Below, in pieces: positions 40,028-53,714 of a stretch of 64,000 bases of DNA. Source of the DNA: Auanema rhodensis (lineage: Eukaryota > Animalia > Nematoda); contig OZ059895.1 of the NCBI GenBank assembly GCA_964057225.1, forward strand, positions 1,860,001 through 1,924,000, written 5' to 3'. The position numbers were made by a program, and so were the translations under genes. The notes below the pieces were generated by a model, which was given only the letters and a program-made list of their open reading frames with translations, was not told the origin of the DNA and did no database searches. The stretch's first letter is position 1; each line of letters begins with the position of its first letter.

Positions 40028-43000
40028 AACATACACTAATGCATCATTTTTCAAACGATCATAACTAATTTTTGTATTAAGCGTTTCTCAATGTAGTATA
40101 GTGCATTCGATGCGGATTTTAAGCTGCGTCGATCTGTGTTATCAGATTTGCGCTAGCTTAAAAATGCACCGAGATATCAACTGATATAAGTTCACACTTA
40201 TATCCTCGATTTTCACCCTGAAGAATTAATTTTTTCGTTGAATAACATTGTCCATCGTCTTTGCCTTGAAAAAAGGAATCTAAAAACATCTACTTTTTGC
40301 TAAATTATTTTGAAATTTTTCGAAAAAATTTTTGTCAAAATGTTTTTGGAAGCAATGTTGAGTGTACATGGAAACTCAACATACACTAATGCATCATTTT
40401 TCAAACGATCATAACTAATTTTTGTATTAAGCGTTTCTCAATGTAGTATAGTGCATTCGATGCGGATTTTTAAGCTGCGTCGATCTGTGTTATCAGATTT
40501 GCGCTAGCTTAAAAATGCACCGAGATATCAACTGATATAAGTTCATACTTATATCCTCGATTTTCACCCTGAAGAATTAATTTTTTCGTTGAATAACATT
40601 GTCCATCGTCTTTGCCTTGAAAAATGGAATCTAAAAACATCTACTTTTTGCTAAATTATTTTGAAATTTTTCGAAAAAATTTTTGTCAAAATGTTTTTGG
40701 AAGCAATGTTGAGTGTACATGGAAACTCAACATACACTAATGCATCATTTTTCAAACGATCATAACTAATTTTTGTATTAAGCGTTTCTCAATGTAGTAT
40801 AGTGCATTCGATGCGGATTTTTAAGCTGCGTCGATCTGTGTTATCAGATTTGCGCTAGCTTAACAATGCACCGAGATATCAACTGATATAAGATCACACT
40901 TATATCCTCGATTTTCACCCTGAAGAATTAATTTTTTCGTTGAATAACATTGTCCATCGTCTTTGCCTTGAAAAATGGAATCTAAAAACATCTACTTTTT
41001 GCTAAATTATTTTGAAATTTTTCGAAAAAATTTTTGTCAAAATGTTTTTGGAAGCAATGTTGAGTGTACATGGAAACTCAACATACACTAATGCATCATT
41101 TTTCAAACGATTATAACTAATTTTTGTATTAAGTGTTTTTCAATGTAGTATAGTGCATTCGATGCGGATTTTTAAGCTGCGTCGATCTGTGTTATCAGAT
41201 TTGCGCTAGCTTAACAATGCACCGAGATATCAACTGATATAAGTTCACACTTATATCCTCGATTTTCACCCTGAAGAATTAATTTTTTCGTTGAATAACA
41301 TCGTCCATCGTCTTTGCCTTGAAAAATGGAATCTAAAAACATCTACTTTTTGCTAAATTATTTTGAAATTTTTCGAAAAAATTTTTGTCAAAATGTTTTT
41401 GGAAGCAATGTTGAGTGTACATGGAAACTCAACATACACTAATGCATCATTTTTCAAACGATCATAACTAATTTTTGTATTAAGCGTTTCTCAATGTAGT
41501 ATAGTGCATTCGATGCGGATTTTTAAGCTGCGTCGATCTGTGTTATCAGATTTGCGCTAGCTTAAAAATGCACCGAGATATCAACTGATATAAGTTCACA
41601 CTTATATCCTCGATTTTCACCCTGAAGAATTAATTTTTTCGTTGAATAACATTGTCCATCGTCTTTGCCTTGAAAAAAGGAATCTAAAAACATCTACTTT
41701 TTGCTAAATTATTTTGAAATTTTTCGAAAAAATTTTTGTCAAAATGTTTTTGGAAGCAATGTTGAGTGTACATGGAAACTCAACATACACTAATGCATCA
41801 TTTTTCAAACGATCATAACTAATTTTTGTATTAAGCGTTTCTCAATGTAGTATAGTGCATTCGATGCGGATTTTTAAGCTGCGTCGATCTGTGTTATCAG
41901 ATTTGCGCTAGCTTAAAAATGCACCGAGATATCAACTGATATAAGTTCACACTTATATCCTCGATTTTCACCCTGAAGAATTAATTTTTTCGTTGAATAA
42001 CATTGTCCATCGTCTTTGCCTTGAAAAATGGAATCTAAAAACATCTACTTTTTGCTAAATTATTTTGAAATTTTTCGAAAAAATTTTTGTCAAAATGTTT
42101 TTGGAAGCAATGTTGAGTGTACATGGAAACTCAACATACACTAATGCATCATTTTTCAAACGATCATAACTAATTTTTGTATTAAGCGTTTCTCAATGTA
42201 GTATAGTGCATTCGATGCGGATTTTTAAGCTGCGTCGATCTGTGTTATCAGATTTGCGCTAGCTTAAAAATGCACCGAGATATCAACTGATATAAGTTCA
42301 CACTTATATCCTCGATTTTCACCCTGAAGAATTAATTTTTTCGTTGAATAACATCGTCCATCGTCTTTGCCTTGAAAAATGGAATCTAAAAACATCTACT
42401 TTTTGCTAAATTATTTTGAAATTTTTCGAAAAAATTTTTGTCAAAATGTTTTTGGAAGCAATGTTGAGTGTACATGGAAACTCAACATACACTAATGCAT
42501 CATTTTTCAAACGATCATAACTAATTTTTGTATTAAGCGTTTCTCAATGTAGTATAGTGCATTCGATGCGGATTTTTAAGCTGCGTCGATCTGTGTTATC
42601 AGATTTGCGCTAGCTTAAAAATGAACCGAGATATCAACTGATATAAGTTCACACTTATATCCTCGATTTTCACCCTGAAGAATTAATTTTTTCGTTGAAT
42701 AACATTGTCCATCGTCTTTGCCTTGAAAAATGGAATCTAAAAACATCTACTTTTTGCTAAATTATTTTGAAATTTTTCGAAAAAATTTTTGTCAAAATGT
42801 TTTTGGAAGCAATGTTGAGTGTACATGGAAACTCAACATACACTAATGCATCATTTTTCAAACGATCATAACTAATTTTTGTATTAAGCGTTTCTCAATG
42901 TAGTATAGTGCATTCGATGCGGATTTTTAAGCTGCGTCGATCTGTGTTATCAGATTTGCGCTAGCTTAAAAATGCACCGAGATATCAACTGATATAAGTT

Positions 43001-46000
43001 CACACTTATATCCTCGATTTTCACCCTGAAGAATTAATTTTTTCGTTGAATAACATTGTTCATCGTCTTTGCCTTGAAAAATGGAATCTAAAAACATCTA
43101 CTTTTTGCTAAATTATTTTGAAATTTTTCGAAAAAATTTTTGTCAAAATGTTTTTGGAAGCAATGTTGAGTGTACATGGAAACTCAACATACACTAATGC
43201 ATCATTTTTCAAACGATCATAACTAATTTTTGTATTAAGCGTTTCTCAATGTAGTATAGTGCATTCGATGCGGATTTTTAAGCTGCGTCGATCTGTGTTA
43301 TCAGATTTGCGCTAGCTTAAAAATGCACCGAGATATCAACTGATATAAGTTCACACTTATATCCTCGATTTTCACCCTGAAGAATTAATTTTTTCGTTGA
43401 ATAACATCGTCCATCGTCTTTGCCTTGAAAAATGGAATCTAAAAACATCTACTTTTTGCTAAATTATTTTGAAATTTTTCGAAAAAATTTTTGTCAAAAT
43501 GTTTTTGGAAGCAATGTTGAGTGTACATGGAAACTCAACATACACTAATGCATCATTTTTCAAACGATCATAACTAATTTTTGTATTAAGCTTTTCTCAA
43601 TGTAGTATAGTGCATTCGATGCGGATTTTTAAGCTGCGTCGATCTGTGTTATCAGATTTGCGCTAGCTTAAAAATGCACCGAGATATCAACTGATATAAG
43701 TTCACACTTATATCCTCGATTTTCACCCTGAAGAATTAATTTTTTCGTTGAATAACATTGTCCATCGTCTTTGCCTTGAAAAATGGAATCTAAAAACATC
43801 TACTTTTTGCTAAATTATTTTGAAATTTTTCGAAAAAATTTTTGTCAAAATGTTTTTGGAAGCAATGTTGAGTGTACATGGAAACTCAACATACACTAAT
43901 GCATCATTTTTCAAACGATTATAACTAATTTTTGTATTAAGCTTTTCTCAATGTAGTATAGTGCATTCGATGCGGATTTTTAAGCTGCGTCGATCTGTGT
44001 TATCAGATTTGCGCTAGCTTAAAAATGCACCGAGATATCAACTGATATAAGTTCACACTTATATCCTCGATTTTCACCCTGAAGAATTAATTTTTTCGTT
44101 GAATAACATTGTCCATCGTCTTTGCCTTGAAAAATGGAATCTAAAAACATCTACTTTTTGCTAAATTATTTTGAAATTTTTCGAAAAAATTTTTGTCAAA
44201 ATGTTTTTGGAAGCAATGTTGAGTGTACATGGAAACTCAACATACACTAATGCATCATTTTTCAAACGATTATAACTAATTTTTGTATTAAGCTTTTCTC
44301 AATGTAGTATAGTGCATTCGATGCGGATTTTTAAGCTGCGTCGATCTGTGTTATCAGATTTGCGCTAGCTTAACAATGCACCGAGATATCAACTGATATA
44401 AGTTCACACATATATCCTCGATTTTCACCCTGAAGAATTAATTTTTTCGTTGAATAACATTGTCCATCGTCTTTGCCTTGAAAAATGGAATCTAAAAACA
44501 TCTACTTTTTGCTAAATTATTCTGAAATTTTTCGAAAAAATTTTTGTCAAAATGTTTTTGGAAGCAATGTTGAGTGTACATGGAAACTCAACATACACTA
44601 ATGCATCATTTTTCAAACGATTATAACTAATTTTTGTAATAAGCTTTTCTCAATGTAGTATAGTGCATTCGATGCGGATTTTTAAGCTGCGTCGATCTGT
44701 GTTATCAGATTTGCGCTAGCTTAAAAATGCACCGAGATATCAACTGATATAAGTTCACACTTATATCCTCGATTTTCACCCTGAAGAATTAATTTTTTCG
44801 TTGAATAACATTGTCCATCGTCTTTGCCTTGAAAAATGGAATCTAAAAACATCTACTTTTTGCTAAATTATTTTGAAATTTTTCGAAAAAATTTTTGTCA
44901 AAATGTTTTTGGAAGCAATGTTGAGTGTACATGGAAACTCAACATACACTAATGCATCATTTTTCAAACGATCATAACTAATTTTTGTATTAAGCTTTTC
45001 TCAATGTAGTATAGTGCATTCGATGCGGATTTTTAAGCTGCGTCGATCTGTGTTATCAGATTTGCGCTAGCTTAAAAATGCACCGAGATATCAACTGATA
45101 TAAGTTCACACTTATATCCTCGATTTTCACCCTGAAGAATTAATTTTTTCGTTGAATAACATTGTCCATCGTCTTTGCCTTGAAAAATGGAATCTAAAAA
45201 CATCTACTTTTTGCTAAATTATTTTGAAATTTTTCGAAAAAATTTTTGTCAAAATGTTTTTGGAAGCAATGTTGAGTGTACATGGAAACTCAACATACAC
45301 TAATGCATCATTTTTCAAACGATTATAACTAATTTTTGTATTAAGCTTTTCTCAATGTAGTATAGTGCATTCGATGCGGATTTTTAAGCTGCGTCGATCT
45401 GTGTTATCAGATTTGCGCTAGCTTAAAAATGCACCGAGATATCAACTGATATAAGTTCACACTTATATCCTCGATTTTCACCCTGAAGAATTAATTTTTT
45501 CGTTGAATAACATTGTCCATCGTCTTTGCCTTGAAAAATGGAATCTAAAAACATCTACTTTTTGCTAAATTATTTTGAAATTTTTCGAAAAAATTTTTGT
45601 CAAAATGTTTTTGGAAGCAATGTTGAGTGTACATGGAAACTCAACATACACTAATGCATCATTTTTCAAACGATTATAACTAATTTTTGTATTAAGCTTT
45701 TCTCAATGTAGTATAGTGCATTCGATGCGGATTTTTAAGCTGCGTCGATCTGTGTTATCAGATTTGCGCTAGCTTAAAAATGCACCGAGATATCAACTGA
45801 TATAAGTTCACACTTATATCCTCGATTTTCACCCTGAAGAATTAATTTTTTCGTTGAATAACATTGTCCATCGTCTTTGCCTTGAAAAATGGAATCTAAA
45901 AACATCTACTTTTTGCTAAATTATTTTGAAATTTTTCGAAAAAATTTTTGTCAAAATGTTTTTGGAAGCAATGTTGAGTGTACATGGAAACTCAACATAC

Positions 46001-47747
46001 ACTAATGCATCATTTTTCAAACGATCATAACTAATTTTTGTATTAAGCGTTTCTCAATGTAGTATAGTGCATTCGATGCGGATTTTTAAGCTGCGTCGAT
46101 CTGTGTTATCAGATTTGCGCTAGCTTAAAAATGCACCGAGATATCAACTGATATAAGTTCACACTTATATCCTCGATTTTCACCCTGAAGAATTAATTTT
46201 TTCGTTGAATAACATCGTCCATCGTCTTTGCCTTGAAAAATGGAATCTAAAAACATCTACTTTTTGCTAAATTATTTTGAAATTTTTCGAAAAAATTTTT
46301 GTCAAAATGTTTTTGGAAGCAATGTTGAGTGTACATGGAAACTCAACATACACTAATGCATCATTTTTCAAACGATCATAACTAATTTTTGTATTAAGCG
46401 TTTCTCAATGTAGTATAGTGCATTCGATGCGGATTTTAAGCTGCGTCGATCTGTGTTATCAGATTTGCGCTAGCTTAAAAATGCACCGAGATATCAACTG
46501 ATATAAGTTCACACTTATATCCTCGATTTTCACCCTGAAGAATTAATTTTTTCGTTGAATAACATTGTCCATCGTCTTTGCCTTGAAAAAAGGAATCTAA
46601 AAACATCTACTTTTTGCTAAATTATTTTGAAATTTTTCGAAAAAATTTTTGTCAAAATGTTTTTGGAAGCAATGTTGAGTGTACATGGAAACTCAACATA
46701 CACTAATGCATCATTTTTCAAACGATCATAACTAATTTTTGTATTAAGCGTTTCTCAATGTAGTATAGTGCATTCGATGCGGATTTTTAAGCTGCGTCGA
46801 TCTGTGTTATCAGATTTGCGCTAGCTTAAAAATGCACCGAGATATCAACTGATATAAGTTCACACTTATATCCTCGATTTTCACCCTGAAGAATTAATTT
46901 TTTCGTTGAATAACATTGTCCATCGTCTTTGCCTTGAGAAATGGAATCTAAAAACATCTACTTTTTGCTAAATTATTTTGAAATTTTTCGAAAAAATTTT
47001 TGTCAAAATGTTTTTGGAAGCAATGTTGAGTGTACATGGAAACTCAACATACACTAATGCATCATTTTTCAAACGATCATAACTAATTTTTGTATTAAGC
47101 GTTTCTCAATGTAGTATAGTGCATTCGATGCGGATTTTTAAGCTGCGTCGATCTGTGTTATCAGATTTGCGCTAGCTTAACAATGCACCGAGATATCAAC
47201 TGATATAAGATCACACTTATATCCTCGATTTTCACCCTGAAGAATTAATTTTTTCGTTGAATAACATTGTCCATCGTCTTTGCCTTGAAAAATGGAATCT
47301 AAAAACATCTACTTTTTGCTAAATTATTTTGAAATTTTTCGAAAAAATTTTTGTCAAAATGTTTTTGGAAGCAATGTTGAGTGTACATGGAAACTCAACA
47401 TACACTAATGCATCATTTTTCAAACGATTATAACTAATTTTTGTATTAAGCGTTTTTCAATGTAGTATAGTGCATTCGATGCGGATTTTTAAGCTGCGTC
47501 GATCTGTGTTATCAGATTTGCGCTAGCTTAACAATGCACCGAGATATCAACTGATATAAGTTCACACTTATATCCTCGATTTTCACCCTGAAGAATTAAT
47601 TTTTTCGTTGAATAACATTGTCCATCGTCTTTGCCTTGAAAAAAGGAATCTAAAAACATCTACTTTTTGCTAAATTATTTTGAAATTTTTCGAAAAAATT
47701 TTTGTCAAAATGTTTTTGGAAGCAATGTTGAGTGTACATGGAAACTC
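40028..47747. repeat. 18-monomer-offset relationship (M114-118 ~ M132-136)
   Basis: The only two 350-bp monomers (GGATTTTAAG, one T deleted) start at 40028 and 46345, an offset of 6,317 = 18x351-1. Each is followed two and three monomers later by A136C+T165A and C33T+C60T+A136C types. Confidence 0.8.
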
Positions 47748-50700
47748 AACATACACTAATGCATCATTTTTCAAACGATCATAACTAATTTTTGTATTAA
47801 GCGTTTCTCAATGTAGTATAGTGCATTCGATGCGGATTTTTAAGCTGCGTCGATCTGTGTTATCAGATTTGCGCTAGCTTAAAAATGCACCGAGATATCA
47901 ACTGATATAAGTTCACACTTATATCCTCGATTTTCACCCTGAAGAATTAATTTTTTTGTTGAATAACATCGTCCATCGTCTTTGCCTTGAAAAATGGAAT
48001 CTAAAAACATCTACTTTTTGCTAAATTATTTTGAAATTTTTCGAAAAAATTTTTGTCAAAATGTTTTTGGAAGCAATGTTGAGTGTACATGGAAACTCAA
48101 CATACACTAATGCATCATTTTTCAAACGATCATAACTAATTTTTGTATTAAGCGTTTCTCAATGTAGTATAGTGCATTCGATGCGGATTTTTAAGCTGCG
48201 TCGATCTGTGTTATCAGATTTGCGCTAGCTTAAAAATGCACCGAGATATCAACTGATATAAGTTGACACTTATATCCTCGATTTTCACCCTGAAGAATTA
48301 ATTTTTTCGTTGAATAACATTGTCCATCGTCTTTGCCTTGAAAAAAGGAATCTAAAAACATCTACTTTTTGCTAAATTATTTTGAAATTTTTCGAAAAAA
48401 TTTTTGTCAAAATGTTTTTGGAAGCAATGTTGAGTGTACATGGAAACTCAACATACACTAATGCATCATTTTTCAAACGATCATAACTAATTTTTGTATT
48501 AAGCGTTTCTCAATGTAGTATAGTGCATTCGATGCGGATTTTTAAGCTGCGTCGATCTGTGTTATCAGATTTGCTCTAGCTTAAAAATGCACCGAGATAT
48601 CAACTGATATAAGTTCACACTTATATCCTCGATTTTCACCCTGAAGAATTAATTTTTTCGTTGAATAACATTGTCCATCGTCTTTGCCTTGAAAAATGGA
48701 ATCTAAAAACATCTACTTTTTGCTAAATTATTTTGAAATTTTTCGAAAAAATTTTTGTCAAAATGTTTTTGGAAGCAATGTTGAGTGTACATGGAAACTC
48801 AACATACACTAATGCATCATTTTTCAAACGATCATAACTAATTTTTGTATTAAGCGTTTCTCAATGTAGTATAGTGCATTCGATGCGGATTTTTAAGCTG
48901 CGTCGATCTGTGTTATCAGATTTGCGCTAGCTTAAAAATGCACCGAGATATCAACTGATATAAGTTCACACTTATATCCTCGATTTTCACCCTGAAGAAT
49001 TAATTTTTTCGTTGAATAACATCGTCCATCGTCTTTGCCTTGAAAAATGGAATCTAAAAACATCTACTTTTTGCTAAATTATTTTGAAATTTTTCGAAAA
49101 AATTTTTGTCAAAATGTTTTTGGAAGCAATGTTGAGTGTACATGGAAACTCAACATACACTAATGCATCATTTTTCAAACGATCATAACTAATTTTTGTA
49201 TTAAGCGTTTCTCAATGTAGTATAGTGCATTCGATGCGGATTTTTAAGCTGCGTCGATCTGTGTTATCAGATTTGCGCTAGCTTAAAAATGCACCGAGAT
49301 ATCAACTGATATAAGTTCACACTTATATCCTCGATTTTCACCCTGAAGAATTAATTTTTTCGTTGAATAACATTGTCCATCGTCTTTGCCTTGAAAAAAG
49401 GAATCTAAAAACATCTACTTTTTGCTAAATTATTTTGAAATTTTTCGAAAAAATTTTTGTCAAAATGTTTTTGGAAGCAATGTTGAGTGTACATGGAAAC
49501 TCAACATACACTAATGCATCATTTTTCAAACGATCATAACTAATTTTTGTATTAAGCGTTTCTCAATGTAGTATAGTGCATTCGATGCGGATTTTTAAGC
49601 TGCGTCGATCTGTGTTATCAGATTTGCGCTAGCTTAAAAATGCACCGAGATATCAACTGATATAAGTTCACACTTATATCCTCGATTTTCACCCTGAAGA
49701 ATTAATTTTTTCGTTGAATAACATTGTCCATCGTCTTTGCCTTGAAAAAAGGAATCTAAAAACATCTACTTTTTGCTAAATTATTTTGAAATTTTTCGAA
49801 AAAATTTTTGTCAAAATGTTTTTGGAAGCAATGTTGAGTGTACATGGAAACTCAACATACACTAATGCATCATTTTTCAAACGATCATAACTAATTTTTG
49901 TATTAAGCGTTTTTCAATGTAGTATAGTGCATTCGATGCGGATTTTTAAGCTGCGTCGATCTGTGTTATCAGATTTGCGCTAGCTTAACAATGCACCGAG
50001 ATATCAACTGATATAAGTTCACACTTATATCCTCGATTTTCACCCTGAAGAATTAATTTTTTTGTTGAATAACATTGTCCATCGTCTTTGCCTTGAAAAA
50101 TGGAATCTAAAAACATCTACTTTTTGCTAAATTATTTTGAAATTTTTCGAAAAAATTTTTGTCAAAATGTTTTTGGAAGCAATGTTGAGTGTACATGGAA
50201 ACTCAACATACACTAATGCATCATTTTTCAAACGATTATAACTAATTTTTGTATTAAGCGTTTTTCAAAGTAGTATAGTGCATTCGATGCGGATTTTTAA
50301 GCTGCGTCGATCTGTGTTATCAGATTTGCGCTAGCTTAACAATGCACCGAGATATCAACTGATATAAGTTCACACTTATATCCTCGATTTTCACCCTGAA
50401 GAATTAATTTTTTCGTTGAATAACATTGTCCATCGTCTTTGCCTTGAAAAATGGAATCTAAAAACATCTACTTTTTGCTAAATTATTTTGAAATTTTTCG
50501 AAAAAATTTTTGTCAAAATGTTTTTGGAAGCAATGTTGAGTGTACATGGAAACTCAACATACACTAATGCATCATTTTTCAAACGATTATAACTAATTTT
50601 TGTATTAAGCTTTTCTCAATGTAGTATAGTGCATTCGATGCGGATTTTTAAGCTGCGTCGATCTGTGTTATCAGATTTGCGCTAGCTTAAAAATGCACCG

Positions 50701-53700
50701 AGATATCAACTGATATAAGTTCACACTTATATCCTCGATTTTCACCCTGAAGAATTAATTTTTTCGTTGAATAACATTGTCCATCGTCTTTGCCTTGAAA
50801 AATGGAATCTAAAAACATCTACTTTTTGCTAAATTATTTTGAAATTTTTCGAAAAAATTTTTGTCAAAATGTTTTTGGAAGCAATGTTGAGTGTACATGG
50901 AAACTCAACATACACTAATGCATCATTTTTCAAACGATCATAACTAATTTTTGTATTAAGCTTTTCTCAATGTAGTATAGTGCATTCGATGCGGATTTTT
51001 AAGCTGCGTCGATCTGTGTTATCAGATTTGCGCTAGCTTAAAAATGCACCGAGATATCAACTGATATAAGTTCACACTTATATCCTCGATTTTCACCCTG
51101 AAGAATTAATTTTTTCGTTGAATAACATTGTCCATCGTCTTTGCCTTGAAAAATGGAATCTAAAAACATCTACTTTTTGCTAAATTATTTTGAAATTTTT
51201 CGAAAAAATTTTTGTCAAAATGTTTTTGGAAGCAATGTTGAGTGTACATGGAAACTCAACATACACTAATGCATCATTTTTCAAACGATTATAACTAATT
51301 TTTGTATTAAGCTTTTCTCAATGTAGTATAGTGCATTCGATGCGGATTTTTAAGCTGCGTCGATCTGTGTTATCAGATTTGCGCTAGCTTAAAAATGCAC
51401 CGAGATATCAACTGATATAAGTTCACACTTATATCCTCGATTTTCACCCTGAAGAATTAATTTTTTCGTTGAATAACATTGTCCATCGTCTTTGCCTTGA
51501 AAAATGGAATCTAAAAACATCTACTTTTTGCTAAATTATTTTGAAATTTTTCGAAAAAATTTTTGTCAAAATGTTTTTGGAAGCAATGTTGAGTGTACAT
51601 GGAAACTCAACATACACTAATGCATCATTTTTCAAACGATTATAACTAATTTTTGTATTAAGCTTTTCTCAATGTAGTATAGTGCATTCGATGCGGATTT
51701 TTAAGCTGCGTCGATCTGTGTTATCAGATTTGCGCTAGCTTAAAAATGCACCGAGATATCAACTGATATAAGTTCACACTTATATCCTCGATTTTCACCC
51801 TGAAGAATTAATTTTTTCGTTGAATAACATTGTCCATCGTCTTTGCCTTGAAAAATGGAATCTAAAAACATCTACTTTTTGCTAAATTATTTTGAAATTT
51901 TTCGAAAAAATTTTTGTCAAAATGTTTTTGGAAGCAATGTTGAGTGTACATGGAAACTCAACATACACTAATGCATCATTTTTCAAACGATCATAACTAA
52001 TTTTTGTATTAAGCTTTTCTCAATGTAGTATAGTGCATTCGATGCGGATTTTTAAGCTGCGTCGATCTGTGTTATCAGATTTGCGCTAGCTTAAAAATGC
52101 ACCGAGATATCAACTGATATAAGTTCACACTTATATCCTCGATTTTCACCCTGAAGAATTAATTTTTTCGTTGAATAACATCGTCCATCGTCTTTGCCTT
52201 GAAAAATGGAATCTAAAAACATCTACTTTTTGCTAAATTATTTTGAAATTTTTCGAAAAAATTTTTGTCAAAATGTTTTTGGAAGCAATGTTGAGTGTAC
52301 ATGAAAACTCAACATACACTAATGCATCATTTTTCAAACGATCATAACTAATTTTTGTATTAAGCTTTTCTCAATGTAGTATAGTGCATTCGATGCGGAT
52401 TTTTAAGCTGCGTCGATCTGTGTTATCAGATTTGCGCTAGCTTAAAAATGCACCGAGATATCAACTGATATAAGTTTACACTTATATCCTCGATTTTCAC
52501 CCTGAAGAATTAATTTTTTCGTTGAATAACATCGTCCATCGTCTTTGCCTTGAAAAATGGAATCTAAAAACATCTACTTTTTGCTAAATTATTTTGAAAT
52601 TTTTCGAAAAAATTTTTGTCAAAATGTTTTTGGAAGCAATGTTGAGTGTACGTGGAAACTCAACATACACTAATGCATCATTTTTCAAACGATCATAACT
52701 AATTTTTGTATTAAGCTTTTCTCAATGTAGTATAGTGCATTCGATGCGGATTTTTAAGCTGCGTCGATCTGTGTTATCAGATTTGCGCTAGCTTAAAAAT
52801 GCACCGAGATATCAACTGATATAAGTTCACACTTATATCCTCGATTTTCACCCTGAAGAATTAATTTTTTCGTTGAATAACATTGTCCATCGTCTTTGCC
52901 TTGAAAAATGGAATCTAAAAACATCTACTTTTTGCTAAATTATTTTGAAATTTTTCGAAAAAATTTTTGTCAAAATGTTTTTGGAAGCAATGTTGAGTGT
53001 ACATGGAAACTCAACATACACTAATGCATCATTTTTCAAACGATTATAACTAATTTTTGTATTAAGCTTTTCTCAATGTAGTATAGTGCATTCGATGCGG
53101 ATTTTTAAGCTGCGTCGATCTGTGTTATCAGATTTGCGCTAGCTTAAAAATGCACCGAGATATCAACTGATATAAGTTCACACTTATATCCTCGATTTTC
53201 ACCCTGAAGAATTAATTTTTTCGTTGAATAACATCGTCCATCGTCTTTGCCTTGGAAAATGGAATCTAAAAACATCTACTTTTTGCTAAATTATTTTGAA
53301 ATTTTTCGAAAAAATTTTTGTCAAAATGTTTTTGGAAGCAATGTTGAGTGTACATGGAAACTCAACATACACTAATGCATCATTTTTCAAACGATCATAA
53401 CTAATTTTTGTATTAAGCGTTTCTCAATGTAGTATAGTGCATTCGATGCGGATTTTTAAGCTGCGTCGATCTGTGTTATCAGATTTGCGCTAGCTTAAAA
53501 ATGCACCGAGATATCAACTGAAATAAGTTCACACTTATATCCTCGATTTTCACCCTGAAGAATTAATTTTTTCGTTGAATAACATTGTCCATCGTCTTTG
53601 CCTTGAAAAAAGGAATCTAAAAACATCTACTTTTTGCTAAATTATTTTGAAATTTTTCGAAAAAATTTTTGTCAAAATGTTTTTGGAAGCAATGTTGAGT

Positions 53701-53714
53701 GTACATGGAAACTC

